This document shows positions 1 to 12,767 of a stretch of DNA of 64,000 nucleotides, in pieces. The translations under genes and the position numbers were made by a program. Below the pieces are notes generated by a model that searched no databases, was not told where the DNA came from, and saw only the letters and a list, made by a program, of their open reading frames with translations. The stretch is taken from positions 135,656,001 to 135,720,000 of the forward strand of contig OZ024742.1 in the NCBI GenBank assembly GCA_964016885.1. Reading direction: 5' to 3'. The DNA is from Eledone cirrhosa. Its lineage: Eukaryota. Every line of letters begins with the position of its first letter. Within the stretch, counting starts at the first letter, position 1.

Positions 1-149
1 CTAAGTTTAGATTATTGTAATAATCTATGTGGACTGGATGATATTTTAAGTTGTCACCATAGACTTTGCTGTTTCTAAATAGATATCACTCGCTCACACA
101 TTGACTGTGTCAATCAAGACTTCCATCGTTTATATAATACAAACAGGAT

Positions 150-302
150 TGGCCATGGGGTTAAGACGTTCGTTTTCCTATCTTGGGGTATGTGTTCTGA
201 TCTCTCTGCGTAGAAAATGTTTTTACCGTTAGCTTCCTGTCAACCCAAGAATTGAGAGTGAAATTGGGCCGTCAGAAACTTTATGGAAGCCCATCAGAAT
301 AT
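150..302 (+). mobile_element. Old, degenerate tRNA-type SINE fragment
   Basis: Degenerate head ggccatggggttaag...gttc and 3' part ttgagagtgaaattgggccgtcagaaact...gaagccc. A similarly decayed copy lies at about 20855-21000. Confidence 0.35.
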
Positions 303-323
303 TTGTACCAGTAGTTCAAAAGT

Positions 324-425
324 CCAGCCTTGTTACATTTTGCGTCACGCTGACTTTGCCTGAGAAGTTCTCCAAGCGTACACACATGTGCTATACTCAA
401 CCACCTAATTCACTGTTTGCTCGAT
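324..425 (+). repeat. Dispersed repeat fragment (cagccttgt.acat...gtcacgctga...)
   Basis: Similar to about 60820-60890 (+) and about 24750-24855 (-). Confidence 0.4.
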
Positions 426-904
426 TTACTGAAACCTCACTGTCGAAACGAATTGTGGCTCCGTGATCATCAACAACATTTTAATCATCGTTACCACTAC
501 CACCATTACTATCACCACCATCACCATCATCATCATCATTAACATACACTACAAAATATCTCCTATAAATAGTTTCTCGCATGCGAGCAGCTACGTTGTT
601 ATTCGATATGGTAGAAGCAGCAGACAAATGTTAAACAAATTGCACCTTACTCTCTTTTTAAATATGTAAGACACATTTGGCTATATAGTTTTAAATACAA
701 TTTCAATGGGCACACTCTTTCATTATCTTGTTTTTTCATGACAAAGCAAGTTGTTCAGACATAGCTCTGCTATCTTTTAATTAGGAGAGGGCGTGAAAAG
801 GAGCCCTAAAATACTGCATACTCATAAAGAGTTGCCATCTTACTGCGGTTGACTGATTATCCACTATACAGTCAAGACAAAAAGACAAAAAAAAAAAATT
901 CCAT

Positions 905-1680
905 AAAATGTTGGTTCTTTGATTGTACGTACTCTTCAGAATAGCGCAGACTCATTAAAAAGGACAACAGCTCTTGTGTCAAAGGTCTTAAATTAGTACA
1001 ATATAGACATAGCAGCGTTACTTGAAACTCCACTTCCTAGTTATGAACAGCTAGATGGGAAAGAGGAAGTTATACGTTCTTCTGGTCTGGAAAAAAATGA
1101 ATTTGTTCTACGCTCTTCAGTTGTTGGTTTTGTTATTAGAAGTAAGATAATACATACATTGATGTCTTTACAACAGGTGGTGACTGATTGTTGAATAACG
1201 TTGAAAATTAAACTGGCTAATGCCATAATCAGTTGCTATACTCTAAACTTGAACTCCAGAGAATGAGAAAAATTTTATGAGCAATTATCTTCTATTGTCA
1301 AAACTATTGGTTATCATGTTAGACTTCTTATACTAGGAGACTTCAGCGCCACAGTTGTATCAGATTGAGTCCTAGGGACATAAATATTCTTGGCTCTCAT
1401 GGCATTGGAAATATGAATAGCAATGGATTTCGCTATCTATCGTTTTGTCATGAACTTCGCCTCTTTATCACCAACACTATGTTTCAAGAAACTAACAAGT
1501 TCAAAACCAATTGGATCATACACAGTCAATAGAATGGCATTGGATTGATTACATTTTAAGAAGAAAATATAATCCACGTGATATTCATTACACTTGCTCC
1601 TTCCATAGCACACTTAGTTTATCTGATCACTCTCCGTTGAGATGTAAAGTACCATTTCGACTTCAGGTAAAGCATATAAG
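905..1680 (+). pseudogene. RTE-clade LINE apurinic endonuclease (APE) remnant
   Basis: Across stops and frameshifts: RTTALVSKVLN*YNIDIAALLET, YTFFWSG, VGFVI, LILGDFSA, HGIGNMNSNG, ITNTMF, WHWIDYIL, SDH. These are RTE/BovB-type APE motifs in the correct order. Confidence 0.75.
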
Positions 1681-1759
1681 ACACAATGCTAGATTGATGC
1701 ACCCCATCTGGACACATTTCTTCTCATGTTAGTGAATACTCTTCCGCCGGGTTTATAGG

Positions 1760-2320
1760 CAGATGTGGGTATCAGAGGCTATCTTGAGACGCACGATAAG
1801 GAACCATTTTGTAGAAAAATGAATGCTGAGTGGCGTAATCCTGTCTTCTGAATTTTGGCAATGTTGTGGTTGCATGTTAGAGGGACTCAGGTATAAAACT
1901 ATATTTTAAATTCAGTGCTTCTTGAGCATTTTAGATCCTAATTCTAATGAACTTAGTATATTTTAAGATTTTCGTCCGAATGATAAATTTTATTTATTTG
2001 GACAGTGCATTTCGATTCTAAAATAGTTATTGTTGGTTCTCAATATAATGATTTATTCTGAATTATGTTTTTGTATTGTTTATTCCTAGATTTACAGCAT
2101 GTTTATTTATTTTAACTTTACTTTCTTGGTGGGGTGTTGGTTTTGGAATGCAGGAACGGCAGCCATCAATTATGTTGATTGACTGTTTATGGCTTGCTAG
2201 TTTTATGCTCAGTTGCTTTGCAGATTGTACGGTGTTATTTTATCTAGTAGCCACACTATTTGACGGAAACTGGATATGGAGGGTGATTATGGCCTGTGGA
2301 ATTTTCCCTCACAGTAGCAG
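1760..2320 (-). pseudogene. Highly decayed C-terminus of an RLE-type non-LTR element
   Basis: Minus-strand fragments IIDGC, RIEMHCPNK*N, TKILKYTK and IAKIQKT loosely follow the R4-like zinc-knuckle/RLE C-terminal order. The match is weak. Confidence 0.3.
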
Positions 2321-2509
2321 TGTTTGCGGGTTGGTTTAATTACTTTAACGTCTTCCTGTTTTGTTAAAATTGTGTTTAGGTTTATTTCTTTGCTATGTGT
2401 TTTAGGTTTTGCTGTTTAGACATTACTTGTTTAGTGGTTAATTTGCGGGTGCTGGAAGTTATTTTTGTGTTTAAACTTGTAATTTGTGGCTGAGTAAATG
2501 TTTTGGTAT

Positions 2510-2830
2510 AAGGCAGGCAGAGTTATTAAAACGACGAGTACAGTGATTTGGGTTATTCATTCAAGATCATTGTTCAAATCCCGCCGAGATCAAGTTTGCC
2601 CTTCACCCATTCGTGGACCATAGAAAAAGTACCAGTCCAGTAGTGGGGTCGATACTTTCTCTATATCTCTTTATCATTTTCTTTCTCTCATTTCTATCAT
2701 TCTTTGGAAGAGATATGTTGTACTCTGGCATTGAGAGGAGATGGACTCCATCATGTTTTAAACTGCCTTAAAAAACCGCCGTATGTCAATAGAGCACCCT
2801 TAGATCTCACTCGGGAATTACGGGTCCGTA
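2510..2830 (+). mobile_element. Old SINE copy with a 3' extension shared with about 25230-25385 and about 42442-42770
   Basis: B-box gttcaaatcccgccgag and aagtaccagt, then CT-rich linker and ttttaaactgcc.taaa..cgccgtatgtcaa, seen at three loci. Confidence 0.5.
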
Positions 2831-2901
2831 CCATACCAAATGTATTTGTGTGGCGAGTCTTGGCTACGATTCCATTGTGGGCTGGAGCTGTAAGAGAAAA
2901 T

Positions 2902-2907
<6 letters not shown>

Positions 2908-2979
<72 letters not shown>

Positions 2980-2992
2980 TGTGCTTGTGTGC

Positions 2993-3060
<68 letters not shown>
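2908..3060. repeat. (GT)n microsatellite
   Basis: Direct. One of dozens of (TA)n/(GT)n/(GA)n arrays, e.g. 12600-12770, 17675-17760, 19040-19285, 24050-24270, 27245-27425, 31414-31555, 48430-49112, 62395-62560. Confidence 0.98.
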
Positions 3061-3063
<3 letters not shown>

Positions 3064-3410
3064 TATGTGCAATTATGCATACACTAATTGAAACGTAACA
3101 CCACAAAAATAATTATACATATATATATGAAGTGCCTAAGCAAAGGAAACACACTTGAGTTCAAATTGAAAATGTTATCGTTTTAATACAAAAATAAAGA
3201 AGTCTCTGATATATACAGAACAATTCAGGACAGAATTACCAGTACAGAGTACAATGATTCAAAGCTGGTTCACGAAATTATAGCTTCTATGGGGAAGGGG
3301 AAGTTTCCTATTGTTAATTGTCTCAGCTTGCTTACACGATTGACATTGCTTATACTTTGCTGTTATTTGTACGTATTAATTTCTATTTTTCATATATTTC
3401 TTTCTCCTCC

Positions 3411-3450
<40 letters not shown>

Positions 3451-3578
3451 GGGGGGGGGGACGTACGCTTGTGTGCATATATGTGAGTGTGTGTGTGTAT
3501 TATGGAAGGTGGATAGAAATAGAAATATGGAATTCACATTTTAGTATTTATTACATAACTAACAACGTTTCATATGAC

Positions 3579-3629
<51 letters not shown>

Positions 3630-3899
3630 CGTGTGTTTGTGTACATGTTTTTTTTAAATATATTTTTAACTTTATATAACAAAAGAAGTTGCGAGTGAGA
3701 AAATTTAAGCTCAATGTGTTTGTGCAATTATGGAAAGAAATATATGAAAGGGAACCAAAGAGTAGATGAAAAGTTTCGTTTTGAACACAGACTATATAAA
3801 ATAAATTAAAATGACAGAGAAAAGTGCTTAAATCATTTAATCTTTACAATTGTTTCCACGCAAATTTCATTAAATACATAACTAGCATAGACAAAATGA

Positions 3900-3968
<69 letters not shown>
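3900..3968. repeat. Back-to-back (AAT)n/(ATT)n palindromic microsatellite at the LINE 5' junction
   Basis: aataataat...aattattatt...ttatt directly followed by ggcgacctacg. Confidence 0.9.
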
Positions 3969-3969
<1 letters not shown>

Positions 3970-4634
3970 GGCGACCTACGTAGTAAATCGTATCATCGTG
4001 AGCTCCGCAAAGGTTTGTTATTTTCAGTAGTTTAAAATTGCCATTTATGGAAAATTGTTATTGTTAACTGCATATAAGTGCACATACATTGTTATCTGAA
4101 CAGGACACCCAAAAAGATTGGGGCCTTAAGCCCAAAATTTAAACTTTTATAATTATCAAACAAAAATTTTTCTTTGAAAAATCATGGACGATTCAGAGTC
4201 ACTCCTTCCTCACAAACTAACACCTCACATCGACGCCACCATTGTAAATATTACTACGTTTGCCAACCCTAAAAATATAAGCAGTAGCAATATTTTAAAT
4301 TTGTCTCAAGCAGACATTCATTTCCCGCCATTACCAATGACTGCAGGTGTTAAAGCCGCCACCACCACCGCGACAACAGAAACAAAAGAAAAAATTAATT
4401 AACTCGTGATATCGAAATGAATTCAACCAAAAGGAACTCTTCCACACCGAACACCACTGACGCCACCACCACCACAACTGAAACTAAAATTAACAATAAC
4501 AAAAATAACGATAACAACAACAACAATGAAATTAATAAAAACCACTCTGAGTTTTGCCAGAGTAGCGAAACAGTGCGAAGCATTTCAGCTAACTCAGGAG
4601 GAATTAGAAGAAGCCAAAAAAATGGTAAAGAAAG

Positions 4635-5612
4635 ATGGGTACAGAGTCAGCTCCCTCACCCCCACCTAATAAAATGGAGCATCGGCGCCTATGCACCGTG
4701 TCTTATAGAACAATTAATATAAAATCGCGCCGAGTGGAACGGGCATCCGAGTCCAAAATCCAAAAAGCACTGGGACATGTGTGGGCAATTAAACACCACA
4801 TCAGACGTGGGCAGAAATATATAACCGTGGACGTGTTCTTTGAAATACCACAGGAGGCTAGAGAACACTCCATGGCCCCTTTAAGAAGTGACGACTTCAG
4901 ACTCGTCCCAAGCTATTGTGGCGGCCAAAGACTCGTAAAGATCAGGGTCACCCACGTTCCACCGGCCATCGAAATTCCCTGGCTAATAGCTGCCGTCCTC
5001 GCCGGCATCGAAGCCAACACCAAGATAATCGAAATAGCGAAAGAAAAGCAGGAGAACTGGTCCGGATCTGGGATGGAGCTCCTGATCCAAGCGGACCAAA
5101 AAAGCATTGAGGAGATCCCAGAGGTAATAGACCTCACTGACGGCAGCCACCTCACCGTCATTGTCGAGGGCAGAAGGCCTATGTGTGTCGTTTGTGGTGA
5201 AGGAACCCACCTAAGGGCTTTCTACCCTCAGGCTAAAAGGTTAAGGCCACCTCTCCTACCCACCCCAGTGACTCAACCATCAACACCACCAGCAGCAGAG
5301 GTGGCAGCAACAACTGTAGCAGCAACAACAGAAGCAACTGTAACAGCAACAACCCCAGCAACAGTAGCAAAACCAACACCACCACCACCCAACGTGCCAG
5401 AACAAGCACCAGCGCCTACATCATCCACCACGCCACAACCAAAACCAACGCCTGTGGAGGATTTTCCACTCCCCGGCTTATCGCAACTGGAGACAGATTG
5501 TGACGACGAGGAGTGGGAAACGGTATCAGGAAAAAAGAAAAAAAGAAACCAAAAAAGAAAAAAATTATCTTCCCTCCCCATCCAAAAACAAAATACAGAA
5601 GGAAACAAATAA
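4635..5612 (+). pseudogene. LINE ORF1 (nucleic-acid-binding, gag-like), largest open segment
   Basis: 325-aa ORF with degenerate CCHC knuckle CVVCGEGTHLRAFY (last C to Y), Pro/Thr-rich linker and EWETVSGKKKKR. ORF1 probably spanned about 4184-6299, broken by frameshifts and the SINE at 5839. Confidence 0.75.
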
Positions 5613-5838
5613 ACTATCAAAACAAAAAAGTTACGACAGATATGCCACCATCCACACCAGCATCACCAACCCCATCACCACAAACACCAACACCATCACC
5701 ATCATTAACCGCAACACCACCATCACCAACACCACAAAAGTTACCAAAAAGCGAAACAGAAGCAAACCCACAACAAACGCATACAAAACAAAACAACCAA
5801 AACGATACAGACTACACAGCATTAAATTTGAACAACAA

Positions 5839-6023
5839 TGGCGGTGGATTGGCAGTATCGGTAGAGGGTCAGACGCCATGCTTTCCAGCATAGTTACGTC
5901 CCTTTACGATCTGAGTTCAAATCCCGCCGAGGTTGACTTTGCCTTTCATCCTTACGGGGTCGATAAAATAAAGTACCAGTAATGCACTGGGTAGTTGCTG
6001 GCCTTGTGCCTAAAGTAGAAACA
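5839..6023 (+). mobile_element. Young tRNA-derived SINE inserted in the LINE, 18-bp perfect TSD
   Basis: A-box-like TGGCAGTATCGG and B-box GAGTTCAAATCCC. TSD ATTAAATTTGAACAACAA at 5821-5838 and 6024-6041. Confidence 0.92.
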
Positions 6024-6338
6024 ATTAAATTTGAACAACAACCAATTATTACACTACATCCAACACAACACCAGCATCACAGAAAAAGACTACACAACAA
6101 CCCAAAGTTCACACCACCTCCACACATACAAATCACTCGTATCACACAGAAAACGTACACGACACTAAAAAAAAATTCAAAAAAGACATCGGAGACTCCC
6201 GGCAAACACTCTCCAGGAGGATTTATAAGGACATCCTTCCGGAGGAGGCCACAAGCAGTGAAAAGGATGGACAAACCATCCTTCCTCTACGAGAAGTAAG
6301 GTAAGTGGTCTTTCCCATCGTTTCCACTCCAAATCAAC

Positions 6339-8500
6339 ATGACCTCACTCAGAATATGCAGCATAAATGCGCGTGGCTTGGGGTCATCATGGAAGCAGGG
6401 CCACATGCTCAACGACCTCAGGTCACTAAACACAGATGTAGTGGCCATCAGCGAGACCAGAATCTCCGAAGCACGGGCCTTCGCACCGATCTTCGGCGGC
6501 TACGATGTGTACGCATCTCCCAGCCATCCGGGATCGGGGAGAGGAGTTGCTGTGCTTTTTCGGAGAGGTTTGGATCTCGCCATATGGGCTATCTTCCTGG
6601 ACCCAGAAGGTAAGTTGGTGGTGCTAAAAGTGACCAACGGAGACGGTCAAGCTTTCAGGCTAGTGACCGTCTATGCCCCGACAGGAGCAGGGCGGCCTGA
6701 TTTCTTCCGGCGTCTGGAGATCTTTCTTGGAACGTCCCGCTCTTTAGTGTTAGTGGGCGACTGGAAGGGGATCTTTGATGCACGCTGGGACTGTGTGGGA
6801 TTAGCGGATAGGGGAGGAGGGTTCAAGAGCTTCACCAACATGCTCAGGAGTTTTGAACTGTCTGACAGGTACCGTTTGGATTTCCCGAATGTGCCACTTT
6901 GGACTTGGACAAATCGCATATGATCATCCAGATCATATCTAGATAGATTATTTTGTAGGGAAATAGATAGGTCTAGCATAGGCTGTCCACAATTCAAGAT
7001 AGTCAGCTACACGGACCACGAATTAGTGATCTGTGTGCTTGACTTAGACAGGCTTCATAGACGAGGACTACTGGAAGCTAAACGCGACCTTACCAGCGCG
7101 CAAGGCCTACAGAGACCGGCATAGCGAACTAGTTAACAACAAGTGGTGGTTTGCTCTGAAAAGAGCAATTAGATTAGAGTTCATTAGGTTTAGAAAGGCT
7201 TTAGCAATTGAGAAAAATAGAGCAGAGGGAGAATTAGTTAGAAAATTAGACGAGGCGCTTAGCAAAGGCATCGCGACCGACATACTTGCGGCGAAATTGG
7301 CCCTTGAACAATTCTTCAATGCAAAGCAAGGAGGCTGCGTTGTCAGAGCTAGGGTGCGTGCTCTCAGACACGATGGGAGGAAAGCCGTTCAATGGGCCCG
7401 AGTGGCGCAGGCGCGTCGTGGCAACAAAGCCACGATCCGGTCTTTGGTGGACCACGACGGGCGCATATACTCGATCCCGGGAAAATGTGTGAAGCTTTTC
7501 AGCGACACTTCGCTCAGCTGTTCGGAGACAGCGGTGGGCCGGGTCGAGGGATGGACTTTAGTGTCTACCTCGACGGACTGCCGCGGCTCTCGCCCACTGA
7601 GGCGGAGTGTTACGAAAAGCCGATAACAGCCGCTGAAGTACGGGAGGCAATGACTGGCTGCACAAGGGGTAAATCGCCTAGTTTGGATGGTCTGCCCTAT
7701 GAACTTTACGTACAGATGCCAGACTTGTTGGGAGGCCTCTTGGCGGACGTCTACTGCAACTGGCAACATAACGGGAGAATTCCCAGTTCTGTGAGCCGAG
7801 GAGCGGTGCCACTGCTGAGAAAGGATCCGAACAAGGAGGATAACATATATAATTTTAAGCCCATAACCCTGCTAAACACAGAGTTCAAGATTTTGGCCAA
7901 GGTGCTAGCAAAGAGGTTGGCGCTTGTCGTTGGTGGTCTGGTGGGAGAGGCGCAGACATGCGCCATTCCCGACAGATCCATCCACGACAACCTCCACCTC
8001 ATGCGATACATCGTAGAGAGGGTAGCTAGGGAACCTGGCACGGGTGGGTCCTTGATCAATTTAGATCAGTCGAAATGTTTTGGATAGGGTCGACCATCGT
8101 TACCTAGCGGTAGTCCTGAGGGCGGCTGGCTTTGGGCCCGTCTTCAGAGGCTGGATCGCTGCCATGCACAGCGACATCTGCTCTGTGGTGAGAGTGAACG
8201 GACACCTTTCGGAACCGTTCAACATCATGCGCTCGGTCCGCCAAGAATGTCCCCTCTCGTCCCTCTTGTACGTATTGACTCTCGAGCCATTACTTCACAA
8301 ACTGGAGACGTTGAGGGGCGTCCCGCGCGAACTAGGATGCGGAAGATCCGTGTCAGCATATGCGGACGATGTCACCGTAGTGGTGTCGAACGCCAAACAC
8401 ATCGAGGCGATCGGCACTACACTAAGAGAATGTTGAAAGATGGGTGAGAGAAGCAAGAATGGCCCGAGTGAATGGGCCTACTCTGAGTACGTATCTGTAA
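6339..8500 (+). pseudogene. LINE ORF2: APE endonuclease plus reverse transcriptase, disrupted
   Basis: APE: INARGL, VAISET, YAPT, LVGDW, WTW...YLDR, TDH. RT: GKSPSLDGLPYELY, FKPITLLNTEFKILAKVL, LDQSK/DRVDH, SVRQECPLS, AYADD. Stop at 6921-6923 and several frameshifts. Soon after YADD the sequence jumps to the extreme C-terminus. Confidence 0.92.
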
Positions 8501-8779
8501 ATTAAAGGTGGAAAACTGGGAGAGGGCACTTGCCTTGGTGGTCAGGGTCACTGTGGCGTTTTACTGGGCTTTCTCCACAAATGTCCCTCCGAAGTCTTCC
8601 CCCTATTGGGGAATTTTTCATTGTTATTTTTTGTTACATTCTCTGTTTTTGTTTTTTACACGCAGAAATTCCCATTTGTACCGTTCTGTATTGTCCTGCA
8701 CTGTCCTTAATGTCTACTTTATGTAAACCCTTGTGGCTAATAAAGAAATCATTGTTATTATTATCATTATTATTATTAT

Positions 8780-8886
8780 CCCGCCAAGGTTAACTTTGCC
8801 TTTCATCCTTACGGGGTCGACAAAATAAAGTACCAGTAATGCACTGGGTAATTGCGGGCCTTGTGCCTAACGTAGAAACAATTATT
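8780..8886 (+). mobile_element. 5'-truncated young SINE in the LINE (ATT)n tail
   Basis: cccgccaaggttaactttgcctttcatcc...gtagaaacaattatt matches the 3' half of the 5839 copy. Confidence 0.88.
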
Positions 8887-9029
8887 ATTATTATCATTAT
8901 TATTATTATTGTTGTTTTTTTTTTCCTTTTTCTTCAGTATTGTTTCTATTATATGCCGAGTGTCTTCCTGACACCTAGAGCAACTAAACACACTGATAAG
9001 CTAGTTAACACACCTAATTGATTATCATT

Positions 9030-10127
9030 TTCAGAGAGATTGTGCTCTTCTTAATACGTGTGCAGTACCAGTTAAAACCATTCATTGCACCTCTTGCAGA
9101 GAAGAATAGCATTGGTTTGATAGTGTAGCGATGTGATGAACTTAACAAGCTTCGTAGAAGGAACAGGGAAATAATATGCACTAAAAGGGTCTCTGCACAC
9201 CAAAATTAACGAGGACGGGTTGTATCTATAACGACAGAGAGGAGGAAGGGGTGACATTAGCTCTGAAATGTGTGTGAATTCTGAATAGTTGGAAAGAAAA
9301 AAATGCATGGTCAATTCTTGTGTGAAATACCTGAGACAGTTGACAAAGATGAGAACTGGGAATTGACTGAGAAAAACGACTTAAAAGGTGAAGTTGAAGC
9401 CCTTATTTTTACAGCCAAGGAACATAGAATCAAGTATATGAATTTTAGTCTTGAAAGTCATTGCAGTCCCCCACTTTGTAGGTTGTGTGGTGAGAAACAA
9501 TAAACTACAATAATTGTGAATGTAAGATATTTGCCTAGAAAGAGTACAAAAGAAGGCACGAGAACATTGCCAGATTGGTTTATAGGACTTTTTGTTATAA
9601 GTATGACATGAGCAGAAATGGGAAAGGGCATGACAACCACTCAGGAAAAAGTAGCTAAAAGCGAACAATATAAGATATTATGGGACATGGCCATCCAGTC
9701 CGAACATTTTATCGTGACTAGAAAGCCTGACATTGTTGTCGTAGAAAAAAGGTAACAAGGCAAGTGTTCACAGGATAACTAAAAAAGAAAGTGAAAAAGA
9801 TAGGAAACACCAGGAACGGAAGAAAGAAATCGGGAAACTATGGACAATTCGACATGTTGAAGTGGCAGAAATTGTGATTGGCACACTAGGAGCATTTAGC
9901 AAAAAGGTTAGAAGCATTGGTTTGAGAAGCTAGGACTTACCATTAGGATGGGATTATTGCAGAAAACAGCCTTGCTAGGAGCAAGTATTCTAAGAGGGAT
10001 TTTAGAAAGTTGAAGGAGGAGGAATGACCCAAAGGATTTGGGGCCATAGGTTATGGGTCGTTCTTTTGGTATAGTGTCAGTATAACATCTGTCAGAACAA
10101 AAGCGTTAGGAATGATAATAATAATAA
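9030..10127 (+). mobile_element. R4/Dong-clade RLE non-LTR retrotransposon, 3' remnant
   Basis: RGGRG, KMHGQF, LKGEVEALIFTAKE, PLCRLCGEK, KILWDMAIQS...TRKPDIVVV (PD-(D/E)xK RLE), IVIGTLGA, LQKTALLG..ILRGIL, then a short 3' UTR and (TAA)n tail. Confidence 0.8.
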
Positions 10128-11060
10128 TTTCTTTATTGGCCACAAAGATCGACATAGAGAGAACAATGGAAAACATAGACAGTGGGAGTCCACAATAACA
10201 ACATATATAATAACAATAGAAATCCACCAACAGGAACGGTGCCTATTCTAAACCACCCAAGGCTCCAAGAACACCCTGGGAGGGCACCCCTTCCCCTCGC
10301 CAAAGCATCCAGATTGCAGGCACATGATCAGTGTAGGCCCATTCACAAAGAACACGCTCGCAATGATCACCTACATTTTAGCAAATGTGCTGAGAGGAAG
10401 CACTTCCTTTTCCATCTTACCATCCTCTCCAAGTAACACTTGAACAAGTTGATAAGGAATTGGCCGAAGAGAAATGTGTCGTTCTTCAGTCATCTCAGCG
10501 TCACCCACAACTTCTTTCGCGACATCCACCAGGGAGAGGAAATCTGCCTACTCTTACCGGCCAAAGGTAGGTGACAGAGTGATATTTACGAATGACTCTG
10601 TCGATAGCTGGATCCATCCTACACGTGATAAAAGCTGTTCTACATTACTCCATAACTTCGCAACACGGACACTGTAAGAGTGTGTGCTAAGCTGCAAATG
10701 CATCGACTTTTCCGTGTTCAGTTTGGATAACGTCTATATTTCATACTACTCTAAGTTGCCTACCACATTGATTTCCGTGTAGTCTTCGACGACAAGCACC
10801 AGCCACTTTGCTAACACCTTGGCTAAAATCATTAACTCTGTGTTTAGCAGCGTTATGGGGCTGAAATTAGCTGATGTGCCCCCCATGTTCTCGTATTACT
10901 ACGTCCCGGCTCACAGAACTGGGATTGCTGCCGTTCTGTTGCCAGTTGTATTAGACAGATTCTTGGAGATCGGAGAACAATTCTGGCATATCTACGTAAA
11001 AGGAGCCGATCCTCCAAACCGGGTGATATGCACCTCCTTCAACTGACCTGGGCATCATGA
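10113..11060 (-). mobile_element. Second Tx1-type LINE copy, inverted and multiply deleted
   Basis: Minus-strand 3' end ttgtggccaataaagaaattattatt resembles 8731-8760. Contains NFSPITLLNTELMILAKVLAK (RT), KLNTEKS and C-terminal VAKEVV fragments. Confidence 0.8.
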
Positions 11061-12638
11061 ATTTTGGGTGATGGCATATGTATATGTATATATGTATATG
11101 TTCAGACAGTAGATGCTGTGCATTGTAAACAGGTAAAGATTGAAGGTACCCATTTACGTGCGTTATATTAAATCGAATAACTATGTTTCTACTCTTGGAG
11201 TTTACTTAACATTACCTATCGAGTACGGTGAGATGCAACCGGTATTAGAAGTGAAACCCATGTCAGTTCCGTCAACTTATTATATGTAGATATATATATC
11301 AATTTAAAAATACGATGAAATAATAGTCAAAAATACACCTAGTTTTCTTCAGAGACCTGACTGCAGTTTCGCTGAATCCGTTTGCAGCAATATACACTTT
11401 AGAAGTGCATCATCGCTGTGAGGTTTATAAGGCTTATAAAGACTCAAAAGGAGTGTTTTTAGACGCATTCATAGCAAGTGAGAACTTCTCGATAGGTGGA
11501 GGGAGAAATTAAAACGTTATACAGTGGTCACAGAAGGGTAGTAAAGGTGAACAATAAGTTAGTACCATATTTGCTAGAAAAAGCAGATAGCACACGCCTA
11601 GTTAACTTGACCATAGGGGAGTTCGGGACAACATGATAATGATATACACACACATATCCATAGGTATATTTGTGTATGTGTGATGTCTGCCTTAAGTTTT
11701 GGTCGATGACTGAAAAAGTTAAAATAAAAGAATTAAAATAACTCAATAATCAGAGCTATTTATTTAATTAAAAATACGAGGATGTACTAGACAAAAATAT
11801 ACTAATGTTTTCTTCTAAGTCCCGGCTGCATATGCATATTTCCGTTGCTATATATTCTTGCTTCCTTGTGTGCAAATTCCAGGTCAGAATTGATTGAACA
11901 GACCTCTGATAAATACGATAGATTTATCAGTGACGATGTTTATCTAGACTACATTAGCGAATGTGACATTTCTCTATAGTTCAGAGGATAGTGTGTAATT
12001 TGAGAATTTCAGTGCAATTTCTAGCATGGCTAATGACCTCATAGCAGTTCCCTCATTAAATTGTGTACAATTGATAGCCTGTAATTAGTATTCAGCTTGA
12101 ATATTTATCTCCATACTAATCTATTTATTACGGATTTCTTTATTTTATTGCATATGTTTATCAATTAATTTGTTGACATATAGCGCTAGATATATTTTCG
12201 AGTGCGATATGGGGATGGGTACGCTGAGGTGAAAACAATTTTGTCTTTGTTTCTAAAAGAAACATAAAGAAAGGTTGGTTATTCTTGAGAGTAGACGCCA
12301 GAAACAGTTCCCATAGTAGACACATGCTCGTACATACGTACATCCATACATACTGCATCTTTTCAAACATACCCAATGCTTGCGCGCACATATATATATA
12401 CACACATTCAGATACATCACTATATACATATAGAATGGCACACATATGGCCATAGACAAAAAACGGATTGTCAGCAATCTGTAACTAAACTATCTCTCAA
12501 AAGAAATAAGAGTAGAGTTCTTACAGGCACCCGAACTGAACTGCAACTTATAAATCCGGCGAAAATAAATTAGACACGCACGCACACATACACACATACA
12601 CACTCACATACATACACTCACACACACACATATACACT

Positions 12639-12767
<129 letters not shown>

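Larger units (their letters stand above)
3969..8779 (+). mobile_element. L1/Tx1-clade non-LTR retrotransposon, near full length, decayed and internally deleted
   Basis: 5' UTR, ORF1 with zinc knuckle, ORF2 with APE and RT, 3' UTR ending aataaagaaatc plus (ATT)n tail. Flanked on both sides by ATT repeats. Confidence 0.88.

Noticed and set aside
5839-5935. tRNA gene
   Set aside because: A/B boxes are present, but no cloverleaf is evident and it is the head of a multi-copy SINE with TSDs.
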